A DNA stretch of 64,000 nucleotides from an uncultured bacterium. Its GTDB lineage: Bacteria; Actinomycetota; Acidimicrobiia; Spongiisociales; UBA5794. Shown piece by piece: positions 51,101-61,496 of the stretch (position 1 is its first letter; each line of letters begins with the position of its first letter). The position numbers were made by a program, and so were the translations under genes. The notes below the pieces were generated by a model that was given only the letters and a program-made list of their open reading frames with translations, had not been told where the DNA came from and made no database searches. The stretch spans positions 160,001 to 224,000 of the forward strand of contig CAWDDT010000006.1 of the NCBI GenBank assembly GCA_963801165.1, read 5' to 3'.

Positions 51101-52120
51101 ATGAAGGCTGTTGTGTACGACGGTCCCAGGGAATTCACGGTCAGAGAAGTGACCGACCCCGAGCCCGCTCCCGGTGAGGTCGTACTCCAGGAGCGGATCA
51201 CCGGTGTCTGCGGTACCGACCTGCATATTCACGACGGCGGGTTCTTCAGCGCATACCCATTGATCCCCGGCCATGAGATCGTGGGAGAAATCGTGGCTGT
51301 TGGCGATGACGTAGACCTTGCGTTGCTCGGCCGGGTGGTGGCCGCCGACAACACCGACCTTTGCGGCCACTGCTACCACTGTCAGCGTGATGAGCCGCTG
51401 TTCTGCAAGAACTTCCGATCGTTGGGCGTGAACGCTCCCGGTGGCTTCGCCGAGTCCGTATTGGTCCACGCGGCAAAGTGCTTTCCCGTCGATGATCTGG
51501 CCCCCGAAGTCGCGGTGATGACCGAACCGACTGCCTGCGCCGTGCACGGTATGGATGTGCTGGCCATGCGCCCGGGCTCGGATGTCCTTGTATTCGGTGC
51601 TGGTCCAACGGGTCTGGTGCTCGCCCAACTCATCGTCCACGGTGGGGCGGCGCGGGTCGTGGTCGCGGCGCCTACCCCGTTCAAACTGGATCTCGCTCGC
51701 AGCTATGGCATCGACGAAACGGTCCAGGTCGACCGGGCCAATCCCGACCAGGCGATCGACTCGCTCCGGGACCTCGCCCCGGAAGGCTTCGATGTCGTTG
51801 TCGATGCCACCGGTGCCGCGGCGATCGTGGAACGCTGCCTTCCCTTGACCAAGACCGGGGGTACGTTCATGACCTACGGCATGGCCGACGAGGAGGCTCA
51901 GGTGCCCTTCAGACCCTACGAGATCTTCCGGCGAGAGCTCACCATCAAGGGATCGTTCGCCCAAACGCACTGCTTCGATAGGGCGATTGCCTATCTCCGC
52001 AGCGGGCGGGTTCGCACAGAGGGAATCGTCACGCACACTTTCCCGCTCGACCGCTATGGGGACGCGCTCGAGGCGCTTCGAAGCCGCTCCGATTGCCTGA
52101 AGGCGGTCATTGTCCCGTAG
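51101..52120 (+). CDS. Zinc-dependent alcohol/polyol dehydrogenase (MDR)
   Basis: GVCGTD, PGHE, CGHCYHC...C, GAGPTG. Confidence 0.9.
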   Translation: MKAVVYDGPREFTVREVTDPEPAPGEVVLQERITGVCGTDLHIHDGGFFSAYPLIPGHEIVGEIVAVGDDVDLALLGRVVAADNTDLCGHCYHCQRDEPLFCKNFRSLGVNAPGGFAESVLVHAAKCFPVDDLAPEVAVMTEPTACAVHGMDVLAMRPGSDVLVFGAGPTGLVLAQLIVHGGAARVVVAAPTPFKLDLARSYGIDETVQVDRANPDQAIDSLRDLAPEGFDVVVDATGAAAIVERCLPLTKTGGTFMTYGMADEEAQVPFRPYEIFRRELTIKGSFAQTHCFDRAIAYLRSGRVRTEGIVTHTFPLDRYGDALEALRSRSDCLKAVIVP

Positions 52121-52256
52121 CGACCACGCCCCGGTATCCGCCTTCGTCAATCAGTTTTGACCTACGGTCGCCAGGTGATCGCACCAACCGGGAGACCCGG
52201 CGGGTGCGATAATCGGGAACGCTCAGCGATCAATCTGCGTCGAGAAAGGACGCCCG

Positions 52257-52601
52257 ATGCTCATCGACATTGGCGAGAAGGTTCACATTATCGAGCGGAG
52301 GCTCTTCGAGTCCGACGTCCGTCGACATTTCGTTGGAGTGGTCGAGCGGGTCGATGCCGCGACGATGAGGGTGAGGGGCTACGTGTTCACGCATGACTCC
52401 TCCTCTTCTCAGTACGTTCGGAGTCAGGACCAGCGCATCCGTATCTTCCCGTTGATCTCGAGCGGCTTCATCGTCAACGTGGTCGCCCCTTCGACCGAGA
52501 TCGACGACGTTCGCTACGTGATCACTGAGATGGGCCGCCTGGTAGTTACCGACGGTGCTGGTTTCAGCCTCGACATCAACGAATTCGGTCGGATGCGCTG
52601 A
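52257..52601 (+). CDS. Hypothetical protein
   Basis: AAGGA RBS; 114-aa ORF with GEKVHIIERRLFESDVRRHFVG...LDINEFG. Confidence 0.7.
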   Translation: MLIDIGEKVHIIERRLFESDVRRHFVGVVERVDAATMRVRGYVFTHDSSSSQYVRSQDQRIRIFPLISSGFIVNVVAPSTEIDDVRYVITEMGRLVVTDGAGFSLDINEFGRMR

Positions 52602-52788
52602 CGATCGCCCGGAGCCGGCCGACGCCGGCACCGGCACCGCATGCCTGAGCCCCCAGAGGCGCGGTTGCGTGTGCGGCCGCAGCGCTCACGTTCGCTCCTT
52701 CTCGATCGAAAGAGCTCGGTCGAGCCCGCCGGGAATCACGAGGATCCACGCGGTGCTCGAGCCTTAGCACGCTCGCTACGATGGAGTC

Positions 52789-53169
52789 ATGGTGCTTCCC
52801 CGCTGGCTGGCCCGTTTCAATCGGCGGGTGACCAATCGTGTGCTCGGTCGTATTCCGAGCCGCTGGTCTCCACTTGTTCTTCTACACCACGTGGGGCGCA
52901 CCAGCGGCAAGCAATACTCGACGCCGCTTGCCGCATTCCGCACCGACTTCGGCTTCGTGTTCGCCCTAACGTACGGACCTGGCGCCGACTGGGTGCAGAA
53001 CGTTCTCGGTGCCGACAGCTTCGCAATAGACGCCCGTGGCGTCCGGCACGAACTCGCCGGCGCCCGTTTCATCCCACGCACGGAGGCATCCAGGTATCTG
53101 CCTACTCCGGTCCGCGTTGCACTGAGGCTTCTGCGCGTTGAGTGGTTCCTGGCTGCCGAGCGTACCTAG
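52789..53169 (+). CDS. Nitroreductase-family deazaflavin (F420)-dependent oxidoreductase-like protein
   Basis: ARFNRRVTN, HVGRTSGKQYSTP, LTYG..ADWVQNV. Confidence 0.8.
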   Translation: MVLPRWLARFNRRVTNRVLGRIPSRWSPLVLLHHVGRTSGKQYSTPLAAFRTDFGFVFALTYGPGADWVQNVLGADSFAIDARGVRHELAGARFIPRTEASRYLPTPVRVALRLLRVEWFLAAERT

Positions 53170-53424
53170 ATCCGGGCCGATCGTCGTCCCGACCCACCGT
53201 GAGGCGCGTCATGTGCAAGTTGGTCAACCGGGGACCGAGAGCGTGCACCGCGCGACGCAGGAGTGACTTTCGTCGATGAAGAGGGCCGTCGGTGGAGAGG
53301 GTAATTTCTGCGAAGCCCCCGGTGACTGCCGCCGGGGCCTGCCGGTGGGCCTTTGCAGGAGAGGCTGTTGAGGACCCCTCCCGTTGCCCCACTGCGCCGG
53401 CAGAGGAGGTACTAGGCTTCGGTC

Positions 53425-53679
53425 ATGGCAATGCATGGTCGCCCGCGGGGCGGCATCGACTCAGGCAATCGGACGGGTAACCCCCTCCGCCCGCTCCGAA
53501 TGGCCATGCTCCAGCACGGATTCGTGGACCAGCACACCCGGGCCGGGTTCAAACCCGACGAAGCCGACCCGTTGAGCTACGGCATCGTGAAGATTCGTGG
53601 TCGTTCCTTCCCCACCGCAGCGGCAATCACCCTTGCGATCATCCTGCTGGTGATCCTCCTCGCCTTTGTGGTCTTCTGA
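53425..53679 (+). CDS. Small hypothetical membrane-anchored protein
   Basis: C-terminal strongly hydrophobic helix; start uncertain. Confidence 0.4.
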   Translation: MAMHGRPRGGIDSGNRTGNPLRPLRMAMLQHGFVDQHTRAGFKPDEADPLSYGIVKIRGRSFPTAAAITLAIILLVILLAFVVF

Positions 53680-53686
53680 CATCGGT

Positions 53687-54820
53687 GTGACGCCGAGAGA
53701 GATTGCCTCTCGTTCTTCTCTGCATCGATGGGCCGTGTTGTGCGCAGTGGTGGGTCTCCTCCTCACAGGGTGTAGCGGGCCCGGTGCGGACAGGACCGAA
53801 CCATTGACTTCAATCTCCACGGCTTCCGCTGCGCCCACCACGACAGTCGCCGATCGGCCCACCACCACGATTACCGAAACCACGGTGACGACCGAGCCCA
53901 CAACGACAACCGCGACGACCAAACCTACGACCACGGTACCGGTGGTCCGACCCGGCGTTCCTCCCCGCGGCACAGTCACAGAAGGCTCGCTCGTCACGGA
54001 GGGCTCGGGTGAGCGCACGTACCGGTTATACGTCCCGTCCGGCGTGACGTCCAAGGACCAGGTGCCATTGCTCCTTGCCCTCCACGGGGGAACGGGCTCG
54101 GGCGCACAGTTCGAGACGAACTCTGCCTTCGACACACTCGCAGAGGCAAACAACTTCATCGTTGCCTATCCCGACGGCACCCCGATCGGCACCGGGAGCG
54201 GGCGCGTCTGGAATGGTGGTGACTGTTGCGGGCGCGCTCAGGACAGTCGGGACAACGTCGATGATGTCGGCTTCATCGCACAGCTCATACATGCCATCGA
54301 AGCGGAGTATCCGGTGGATCCCGCCCGCGTCTATGCGACCGGCCACTCCAATGGTGCCATTCTGTCGTACCGCCTTGCGTGTGAGCTCGCGGACACGATT
54401 ACGGCAGTCGCGTTCCAGGCGGGGACTATTGAGATAGGCGAGTGCAGGCCCAGCCGGCCCATCTCGGTTCTAGCTATTCACGGTACGGCCGACACCAACA
54501 TCCCCATCGAGGGCGGCTTTGGCGACGGTTTCTCCCGCACGGACTTCACCTCTCCGCAGGAGAGCATTGCCACCATGGCGGAACTCGATGGTTGCGGCCC
54601 CATGGTGGAAACCGTCGACCCCGGCAACCCGGCTGTGACACACCGGCTCTGGAACGAATGCCGGGGAGGTGTGACGGTCGAGATGACCATCGTCACCGGG
54701 GCGAACCACGCCTGGATGGGGCACGCCGCCACCAGGCTTCAGGAGGCCCTGGTCGGGACCCCGTATCCTGGCTATGACTCCAGCCTCGCGGTGTGGACGT
54801 TCCTCGCCGCCAACGGCTGA
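53687..54820 (+). CDS. Lipoprotein esterase, PHB-depolymerase/LpqC-like alpha/beta hydrolase
   Basis: Lipobox LTGC, Thr-rich linker, LALHGG, WNGGDCCG, DDVGFI, GHSNG, HGTAD, HAW. Confidence 0.85.
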   Translation: MTPREIASRSSLHRWAVLCAVVGLLLTGCSGPGADRTEPLTSISTASAAPTTTVADRPTTTITETTVTTEPTTTTATTKPTTTVPVVRPGVPPRGTVTEGSLVTEGSGERTYRLYVPSGVTSKDQVPLLLALHGGTGSGAQFETNSAFDTLAEANNFIVAYPDGTPIGTGSGRVWNGGDCCGRAQDSRDNVDDVGFIAQLIHAIEAEYPVDPARVYATGHSNGAILSYRLACELADTITAVAFQAGTIEIGECRPSRPISVLAIHGTADTNIPIEGGFGDGFSRTDFTSPQESIATMAELDGCGPMVETVDPGNPAVTHRLWNECRGGVTVEMTIVTGANHAWMGHAATRLQEALVGTPYPGYDSSLAVWTFLAANG

Positions 54821-54887
54821 GAGCGCGGTTCGGCCACCACTGAGACGCCACTGCGCGGCGGGGTGCGCGGTTGTGCCGCTCGCCCGG

Positions 54888-57236
54888 TCACAGTTCGCCG
54901 CTTCGCTGCAGAGTCAGCAAGGCCAGCCACCCCGGCAGGATCGGGAGCCAGAACGTGACGAATCGGAACAGGAACACCGCAGCAAATGCCTCGGACCCGC
55001 CCACACCAACGGCGGTGTATCCGGCGATGAGCGCCGCCTCCGTCGCCCCTACCCCTCCCGGAGTGGGCGCCGCGGTTGCCACCGCGGCTCCCGCGAGGTA
55101 GACGACGGTGGCGGTGACAATGGGGAGATCCACACCAAGCGCCTTCAGCGAGGCGATCATCGCAATCGTGTAACTGATGGTCACCATTGCCGACCCCGCA
55201 AACAGAGCAGCCAGCTTGCTGGGCTTCTTCGCTACGGTGGCGACCGTGCGCCACGCCGACTTGATCGCTGGGATGAGATTGCGGGTCAGCAGCTTGCGAC
55301 CGGCAGGAAGAGCCATGAGGGCGCCGGACGCCAGAATCAACACAGCGACGACTACAGCCGCCGTTGGCCCGGACGGGAGGGGCAAACCAACGCCGCCTGA
55401 GGTACCCGCGATCAGCCCGGCCGTGGTCAGCAATGAGGCGTGTATCACAAAGCCGGCGAGGGTATTGAGCCCGATCGCCGAAACGGCAACCGGGCCCGGA
55501 ATGGCCCGCCGCTGCAGGAAGCGGACGTTTGTCGCCATGCCCCCCACCTTGGCCGGTGTGACCCGGTTGGCGAACGACGAAGCCACCTGCGCCGCCACCA
55601 CCCTGCCGAGCGGCAGTGGCATAGGCACCGCGCCGACGATCCCGACGCTGGCGCCGACATACGTAAGCGCCGAAGCGACACACGCCACCGCCGTCCAGCC
55701 GAGGTTCGCATGTACCAGGTCTCCGATGAATCCGCTCGCTTCGGAGAATTGAGGGACGAGCGCGTACGCCGCCAGACCGAGGCTGGCTAACACGAAGACG
55801 GTGCGCCGGTTGATCCGCTCCATCTTCACGAATCTCACGTCTTCCGCACCGATCGCCTCCGCAACAGCGCTGCGTAGCTTCTCGAAGTCCTTCGATTTGC
55901 CGATCTGCGTCCGTGTCGCCGTGCTGAGACCCAGAGGCTGGATCCAGGGCAGCGCCTCGGCCATGTGCTCAGGACCAAGGACCTCGAGCGCCGCGGCGAT
56001 CGCCGGCTCTGCCCCGACCGCGGCAGCTGTCGACGACAGCAGTTCCGCCACATCGCGTGATCTGAGCTCGTGGGATGCGGCCATTTCGGCGAATCCGAAA
56101 TCGATCAGCCACGCCGTGCCATCGTCTGCGGCAAACACGTTCGCCAGGCGCAGATCGCGGTGAGCGATGCCCGCTCTGTCGAGTTCCGCAACCAGTCTCC
56201 ACAGGTCACGCAGGGTCGATTGGGTGATGGCGCCCAACGGCAACTCGTCGAGAGAACGACCGGCTATGCGCTCGTAGGCCAGCAATACTCCATCCGTTCC
56301 GATCTCCGCCACCGTGACGAGTCGGGGCGTGCGAATGCCGCGAGCTCGTGCGGCCAGAGACAGGAGCGCTTCATGCTCGACGGCGCGTTCCAGTGACGCA
56401 AAAGGCCGTCTGTCACCGGTCCGTCGGAGCCTGAGCCATCGATATAGACGAAAGAGCAGATCTGCAGAGCGGTGGTCGCCGCCGAGCGTCTTGACGAACA
56501 GCTCGGTGCCGTCGGTCGTCGTGACAAACCACGGAACCGAGCCTCGGGCGTCTACCGATGCACGCTCGATCTGAGCCGCCTTGACACCGCTGGCGCGAAG
56601 CGTCTCCTCTATCTGTGACGGCGAAGGCGTGCGGTCGCGTGTCTTGAAAACGAGAGCTGCCGCAGCACCCGCGGTCATACCGACACCGATGTCGAGCGGC
56701 AAGCTGATCACGGCGAGACTGCCGCCCAGGAACGACAATGCCAACCCGCCCGCGAGGACTCCGACTACCCACGGACGGAAACGCCTCGAGATCCACGGGC
56801 TCGCCAGGGTGAACACCGCCACGAGCGACGACAATCCGGCGTTTCCGAGGCTTGTCTCTTGCCCTTCGCCGTGGACCGCGTCCACAAGGGCATTGGAAGT
56901 GGCCAGAGTGATCACGAGCTCGACTGCCAGAACCGACAATGCAATCCCGGCAAGCGCCGCCGTGTTCACGAGGACGACACGTCGGAACTGTCTTCTGACC
57001 ACGAGGCCGATGTTGGTCGCCGCGATCGACGCCAGGATGGCGCCGCCGATGCCGATTTCGATCGTGTTGGGCAACCATTCGGGCCAGGACGCCTGGAGCG
57101 TGGCGATGTCCTCACGCAGACCCAGGAGGGCACTCTCGAACACGACGAGAAGGCCGACTCCCAGGACACACAAGACAAGCCCCGCGAGCAACCGCAGGGC
57201 GTAGACCGGCGAGCGAACCAAGCGGGCCTTCTCCAA
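54888..57236 (-). CDS. Integral membrane protein: N-terminal TM region, kinase-like domain and lysylphosphatidylglycerol-synthase/flippase-like domain
   Basis: HRDLRLAN...LIDFG; FANRVTPAKVGG, PTPGGVGATEAAL, FRFVTFWLP; TTG start after GGGAG. Confidence 0.82.
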   Translation of the reverse strand: MEKARLVRSPVYALRLLAGLVLCVLGVGLLVVFESALLGLREDIATLQASWPEWLPNTIEIGIGGAILASIAATNIGLVVRRQFRRVVLVNTAALAGIALSVLAVELVITLATSNALVDAVHGEGQETSLGNAGLSSLVAVFTLASPWISRRFRPWVVGVLAGGLALSFLGGSLAVISLPLDIGVGMTAGAAAALVFKTRDRTPSPSQIEETLRASGVKAAQIERASVDARGSVPWFVTTTDGTELFVKTLGGDHRSADLLFRLYRWLRLRRTGDRRPFASLERAVEHEALLSLAARARGIRTPRLVTVAEIGTDGVLLAYERIAGRSLDELPLGAITQSTLRDLWRLVAELDRAGIAHRDLRLANVFAADDGTAWLIDFGFAEMAASHELRSRDVAELLSSTAAAVGAEPAIAAALEVLGPEHMAEALPWIQPLGLSTATRTQIGKSKDFEKLRSAVAEAIGAEDVRFVKMERINRRTVFVLASLGLAAYALVPQFSEASGFIGDLVHANLGWTAVACVASALTYVGASVGIVGAVPMPLPLGRVVAAQVASSFANRVTPAKVGGMATNVRFLQRRAIPGPVAVSAIGLNTLAGFVIHASLLTTAGLIAGTSGGVGLPLPSGPTAAVVVAVLILASGALMALPAGRKLLTRNLIPAIKSAWRTVATVAKKPSKLAALFAGSAMVTISYTIAMIASLKALGVDLPIVTATVVYLAGAAVATAAPTPGGVGATEAALIAGYTAVGVGGSEAFAAVFLFRFVTFWLPILPGWLALLTLQRSGEL

Positions 57237-57303
57237 CTCCCTCCCTCTCCCGGCCAGAGAACGCACGGAGCGCTCGAACCGACCTGCGGGTATCCTACGC
57301 GCG

Positions 57304-57960
57304 ATGATGCGCGAATGGCCGCAGAAGCGGTCGCTCATTCTGCTTGTGGTTGCCGCAGCATTGCTCGTCGTCGGCGTTGCCAGGCTCCTGGCAACGGTGC
57401 CGCCAGCCGGGTGGGAGCTCTCGCTCTTTCGCGAGATCAACGGCGGTGGTGACCTGCCGAAACCGCTGTGGTGGCCCGTGATGCAGTTCGGTAGCCTCAC
57501 GGGCGCCCTCGTCCTCGCATCTGCTCTTGCAATCGGCTGGAGTTGGTCGGTCGGCGGGCGGGTCGCTATCGCCACCGGTTCGGCTTGGGCCGCGGCGCAG
57601 CTGCTCAAGTCAACTGTGGGCCGTGGCCGTCCGGCTTCTCTGGGCATCGACATCGTCGCTCGGAGCACAGAGACGTCCGGTACGGGATTCCCGTCCGGCC
57701 ACGCCGCGGTGGCGTTTGGCGCGGCGGTCGTGGTCGTGGCCTATCTATCCGGGTGGTGGCGCCTAGCCCCGGTTGCCGTGGCGATCCTCGTTGCTCTCGC
57801 ACGCGTCTACGTAGGTGTGCATCTCCCGCTGGATGTGGTCGGTGGTGCCGCCGTTGGTGTCACACTCGGATCGATCGTGCTTAGCGTGCTCCCCGCGGGC
57901 GCAGATCGACCAGAACCCTGGTGGGCGGGGCGGCGACGCGCCGCTCGTGCCGCCGCCTGA
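57304..57960 (+). CDS. PAP2 family membrane phosphatase
   Basis: K..VGRGRP, FPSGHAA, ARVYVGVHLPLDV. Confidence 0.9.
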   Translation: MMREWPQKRSLILLVVAAALLVVGVARLLATVPPAGWELSLFREINGGGDLPKPLWWPVMQFGSLTGALVLASALAIGWSWSVGGRVAIATGSAWAAAQLLKSTVGRGRPASLGIDIVARSTETSGTGFPSGHAAVAFGAAVVVVAYLSGWWRLAPVAVAILVALARVYVGVHLPLDVVGGAAVGVTLGSIVLSVLPAGADRPEPWWAGRRRAARAAA

Positions 57961-58006
57961 GCAGCACGCCCCCAGCCGGCCGCTACGATGCTTTCTGGAG
58001 GACCAA

Positions 58007-58468
58007 GTGGCCAATGTCCTGGTGGTCTACGCGACGCGAAACGGATCCACCGGCGAGGTGGCGGCCGCCCTTGCCGCCACGCTGCAACAATGTGGCCACA
58101 CGGTCGTCATCGCATCCGCCGGCCGATTCCGTGATCCTGTCGACCAATTCGATCTCGTCGTTCTCGGTGGAGCGCTCTATTCCGGGCGGTGGCATCAGGG
58201 GGCACAACGCTTTCTCCGCAGACACCGCCGCGAGCTCGCCGGGTGTGCAGTGGCGGTGTTCGGGATGGGCCCCCGTCGAGACGACACCGAGGCGTGGCAG
58301 ACGTCGCGGACGCAGCTGGATCGCGCTCTCGCCAAACGACCCTGGCTCCATCCGACCGCAGTCACGGTATTCGGAGGTGTCGACCCGCCCAAGAAGAAGG
58401 AGCGCCGGGACATACGCGATTGGCCTGCGATCGCCCAATGGGCGCGGACGCTGAGCGACACCGCCTGA
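58007..58468 (+). CDS. Flavodoxin-domain protein (HemG-like)
   Basis: LVVYATRNGSTGEVA, VLGGALY, DIRDW; GGAGG RBS. Confidence 0.82.
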   Translation: MANVLVVYATRNGSTGEVAAALAATLQQCGHTVVIASAGRFRDPVDQFDLVVLGGALYSGRWHQGAQRFLRRHRRELAGCAVAVFGMGPRRDDTEAWQTSRTQLDRALAKRPWLHPTAVTVFGGVDPPKKKERRDIRDWPAIAQWARTLSDTA

Positions 58469-58631
58469 AGTACCGACCCGGCGAGCCGGTACGGGCAACC
58501 TCACATCTCGCGCGTCCGTCATTGGCCGCATGCTCTTCCCGAAATGCGGACAGCTGGTGTCCGGAATGGCCCCTACCTTGTCCGCATCGGAGGGAGAAAC
58601 GACCAGTGGATAGTTTAGCGAGGAGCGCCAA

Positions 58632-58997
58632 GTGAAGATCAACCAGCAGATCGCCGTCTTCGATGCCGCGGACATTGCCGAGGAGAGTGCGTTTTGGGCG
58701 GGAGTGTTCGACGGCAGGGTCGACGCCGAGGACGACTGGCACACCGTCTACGACGCCTCGGGAGCACATCGTCTGGACGTCCAACTGGCACCAAACCACA
58801 TCCCACCCGATTGGCCGGACGGCACGCCACAGCAGATCCATCTGGATCTCTACGTCGCTGACTTTCCCAGTGCCCACGAGGAGGTCATAGCGCTTGGTGC
58901 CCGGGTCTTGAAGGCGGCCGACGACACAGCGGCCGGATCCGGATTCCAGGTATACGCAGATCCGGCCGGTCACCCGTTCTGTCTCTGCTGGGGCTGA
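58632..58997 (+). CDS. VOC/glyoxalase family protein
   Basis: PPDWPDG..QQIHLDL, YADPAGHPFC. Confidence 0.88.
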   Translation: MKINQQIAVFDAADIAEESAFWAGVFDGRVDAEDDWHTVYDASGAHRLDVQLAPNHIPPDWPDGTPQQIHLDLYVADFPSAHEEVIALGARVLKAADDTAAGSGFQVYADPAGHPFCLCWG

Positions 58998-59812
58998 CGA
59001 GGCGCGGAGACACTCCGGAGGGCATCGGCTCCCTGATCGGGCGGGAACTGAATCCCGAAACGATCCCGCAGCAGCGCCTCGACTTCGTCCGCACCCAACT
59101 GACGTTCGTTCCGGACACCGGCGACGGTGGTGATGAGCCGGTCGCCCGAAAGGGTGATCCGACCTTCCCCGGTAAGGAGGCTGCAGATAGTTTGCGATGT
59201 GAAGTGGCTGTCGGGCGACGTCTGCTGCCATTCGTTCCTATCGGCGAAGTCCGCAAGAGGCCTCGGCACCGTGGTGAACGAGTATTGGGCCTGCCACCCG
59301 TCCCCCCGATCTTCCTGGTAGATCCAGCGCGGCCCGTCACGCACCAGCCTCACCATCCGGTCCCGGTCCGCTTGCTCGCGGTCCTCGGCAATTGGGATGG
59401 GCATCGTGAACGCATCCCCGAACCCGACGTCGACCAGCAATGGCCCGGCGACATCCTCAGCATATGCGATCAATGCCATGTGGTCGAACTCGGCTCCGTA
59501 GGCGCCGTCGGCGTGTGCCACGCGGGCCGAGACGAAGTGGACGCGGTAGCCGAACGTAGCCAGAAGTGAAGCAAATGCCGAGTTGAGCTCATAGCAGTAG
59601 CCACCACGTTTCCGGTAGACGACCTTGTCGATAATCGACTCGAGGTCGAGGACGATCGGCACACCGCGGTGGATATCGAGATTCTCAAACGGAACCCGGA
59701 GCATATGGGAGAACTGCAGTACGGCAAGCGATGCCGCGTCGGGCCGATCCGGGCGACGCGCCCCGATGCGGCTCAGATATGCATCCGTGTGTTGTTCATT
59801 CGGCATCGACAT
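58970..59812 (-). CDS. Arylamine N-acetyltransferase
   Basis: VPFENL, RGGYCYELN, H, VDVGFG (Cys-His-Asp triad), SPDSHF. Confidence 0.9.
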   Translation of the reverse strand: MSMPNEQHTDAYLSRIGARRPDRPDAASLAVLQFSHMLRVPFENLDIHRGVPIVLDLESIIDKVVYRKRGGYCYELNSAFASLLATFGYRVHFVSARVAHADGAYGAEFDHMALIAYAEDVAGPLLVDVGFGDAFTMPIPIAEDREQADRDRMVRLVRDGPRWIYQEDRGDGWQAQYSFTTVPRPLADFADRNEWQQTSPDSHFTSQTICSLLTGEGRITLSGDRLITTVAGVRNERQLGADEVEALLRDRFGIQFPPDQGADALRSVSAPRQPQQRQNG

Positions 59813-59868
59813 CGCGGCGAGCGTACACGTTCAAGTGCACTCGAGGTCAAGCCAATCCGATGCGGTCA

Positions 59869-61446
59869 TCACAGGTCGGTCTCATCGACGATCAGCCACA
59901 GGTCCCCGGGTGCCAGCCGCAGCACGAACAACGAGGCGACCGAACGCGACTCGCTGTGTAGTTCCCCGCCGTCTGCGTCGTAAGTGGTCTCATCGACCGT
60001 TCCGCGAGCCTCGAATCCCAGATCCGTCCCCTGACCACCCACGGGGATGACAATACGGAGATGAAGCGAGTCGAAGTGGTAATGCGCAACGACCCACTCC
60101 CCCGTCGCCACCGACTGCGTCATGCGCTGCAGCATGTCATCCAGACGGGCGCCGAAGTCCGCGCTCAAGAGCAGCTCCCCCTGGTGACGCTGCATCGCCT
60201 CCGCTTCGATCTCGAGGTCCTTCGCCAGTGTGATCGCAAGATCCTGCGGGGTCCCAATGTCGCTGTTCAGCGCGCTCACTTCGGGATCAACGCTCACCGC
60301 GGGAAGGGTCGCCGGGTCGACGTTCACCGCGATCGTGGCCGTTCCGCTCGTGCCGCTCGCCTGTGCCGGTTGCCGGGCCGGTGCCCCGAAGGCGACGATC
60401 AGGAGCGCTATAACAGCGACCAGCGCTCCCGCAAGCGCACCGCGCCAGAATGTCCGGCTCCGGCTTACCGCGACACCGCCGGCGGTGACCAGCCTGCCGA
60501 CGAGCTCCCCGAGCGGGGATCTCTCCTGCCCGCCTTCAGGAAGCCACCGATCGAGCAGCCAGCGCAACGGGCTCACCACTGCGAGCCCGGCCAACAATCC
60601 GACCTTGGCCCCGAACTCCGTGCCCTGGGGCGCGACCAGCAGCGTGACCGCAACACCGATTATCACCGCATGGATGATTCTCGCCGCCCGCCCTTCGGGA
60701 ATCGTCTTGGGATCGGTGATCATGAAGAAGACAAAGAACAGCAGCTCGGGAGACGTCAGCACCACCCACCAGAATGACGGGCCGCAAACCGGCCCCACCG
60801 ACCAGCGCGCAGTGAAACAGTGGCCCGACCCCGCCAGCAGCCCGAGCCCGGCCGCGAGAACCAGCCAGAACGTGACCGGGACTTGCACCAGCCTCAGCCG
60901 GGCGAGAGTGATCAGGCCACCGCTGAGGATGATCAAATAGATGACGACCATCCAACCTCCCAGCGGCGCCCACCAGAAGTCGAGCGGCTCGACCCGGCTG
61001 CTCCCGAGCAGCACGAAGACGAGCACCAGTGCGATGTTCGACGGATTGAAGATGTGGGTGCCGCGGAACTGAACCACGTACTTGGTCAACAAGGCGAACG
61101 CGACAACCAGGGCATACACGTACCAGCCACGAAACGACCAGTAGTCCGCGTTCCCGGTGCCGACGACACGGAGGATCAGTGCGATGCCGGTGGCGGTGTT
61201 GAGACCGCTGGCCGGCCACACGAGCTTCCCGGTGTGGCGAAATGCCCATACGCCTTCGATAACGAGGGCCGTGATCAGGGAAGCGAGTATCTGCGGAATC
61301 GAGACGCGGAATCCCAACGTGGCGATGCCGATGATGAGCACCGACATGACGACCGCCGAGACACTGAGGCGCGGGTCTTTCCATCGGGGCAAGACAACCG
61401 GATATTGCCTGGTACCGATACGCATAGTCCGGGAAGGTGCCGTCAT
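59869..61446 (-). CDS. RnfD/NqrB-like (UnbU-like) polytopic membrane protein with extra C-terminal soluble domain
   Basis: KDPRL, TKY...HIFNPSN, FFMITDPKT motifs. Confidence 0.72.
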   Translation of the reverse strand: MTAPSRTMRIGTRQYPVVLPRWKDPRLSVSAVVMSVLIIGIATLGFRVSIPQILASLITALVIEGVWAFRHTGKLVWPASGLNTATGIALILRVVGTGNADYWSFRGWYVYALVVAFALLTKYVVQFRGTHIFNPSNIALVLVFVLLGSSRVEPLDFWWAPLGGWMVVIYLIILSGGLITLARLRLVQVPVTFWLVLAAGLGLLAGSGHCFTARWSVGPVCGPSFWWVVLTSPELLFFVFFMITDPKTIPEGRAARIIHAVIIGVAVTLLVAPQGTEFGAKVGLLAGLAVVSPLRWLLDRWLPEGGQERSPLGELVGRLVTAGGVAVSRSRTFWRGALAGALVAVIALLIVAFGAPARQPAQASGTSGTATIAVNVDPATLPAVSVDPEVSALNSDIGTPQDLAITLAKDLEIEAEAMQRHQGELLLSADFGARLDDMLQRMTQSVATGEWVVAHYHFDSLHLRIVIPVGGQGTDLGFEARGTVDETTYDADGGELHSESRSVASLFVLRLAPGDLWLIVDETDL

Positions 61447-61496
61447 GAGGGGCACGGTAGCGCGCGTTCAACCGGTCCTTGTGGGACACTGGGGGG

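Noticed and set aside
53170-53424. Possible small ORFs or gene remnant in the intergenic gap
   Set aside because: Only short frames with no recognisable motif.
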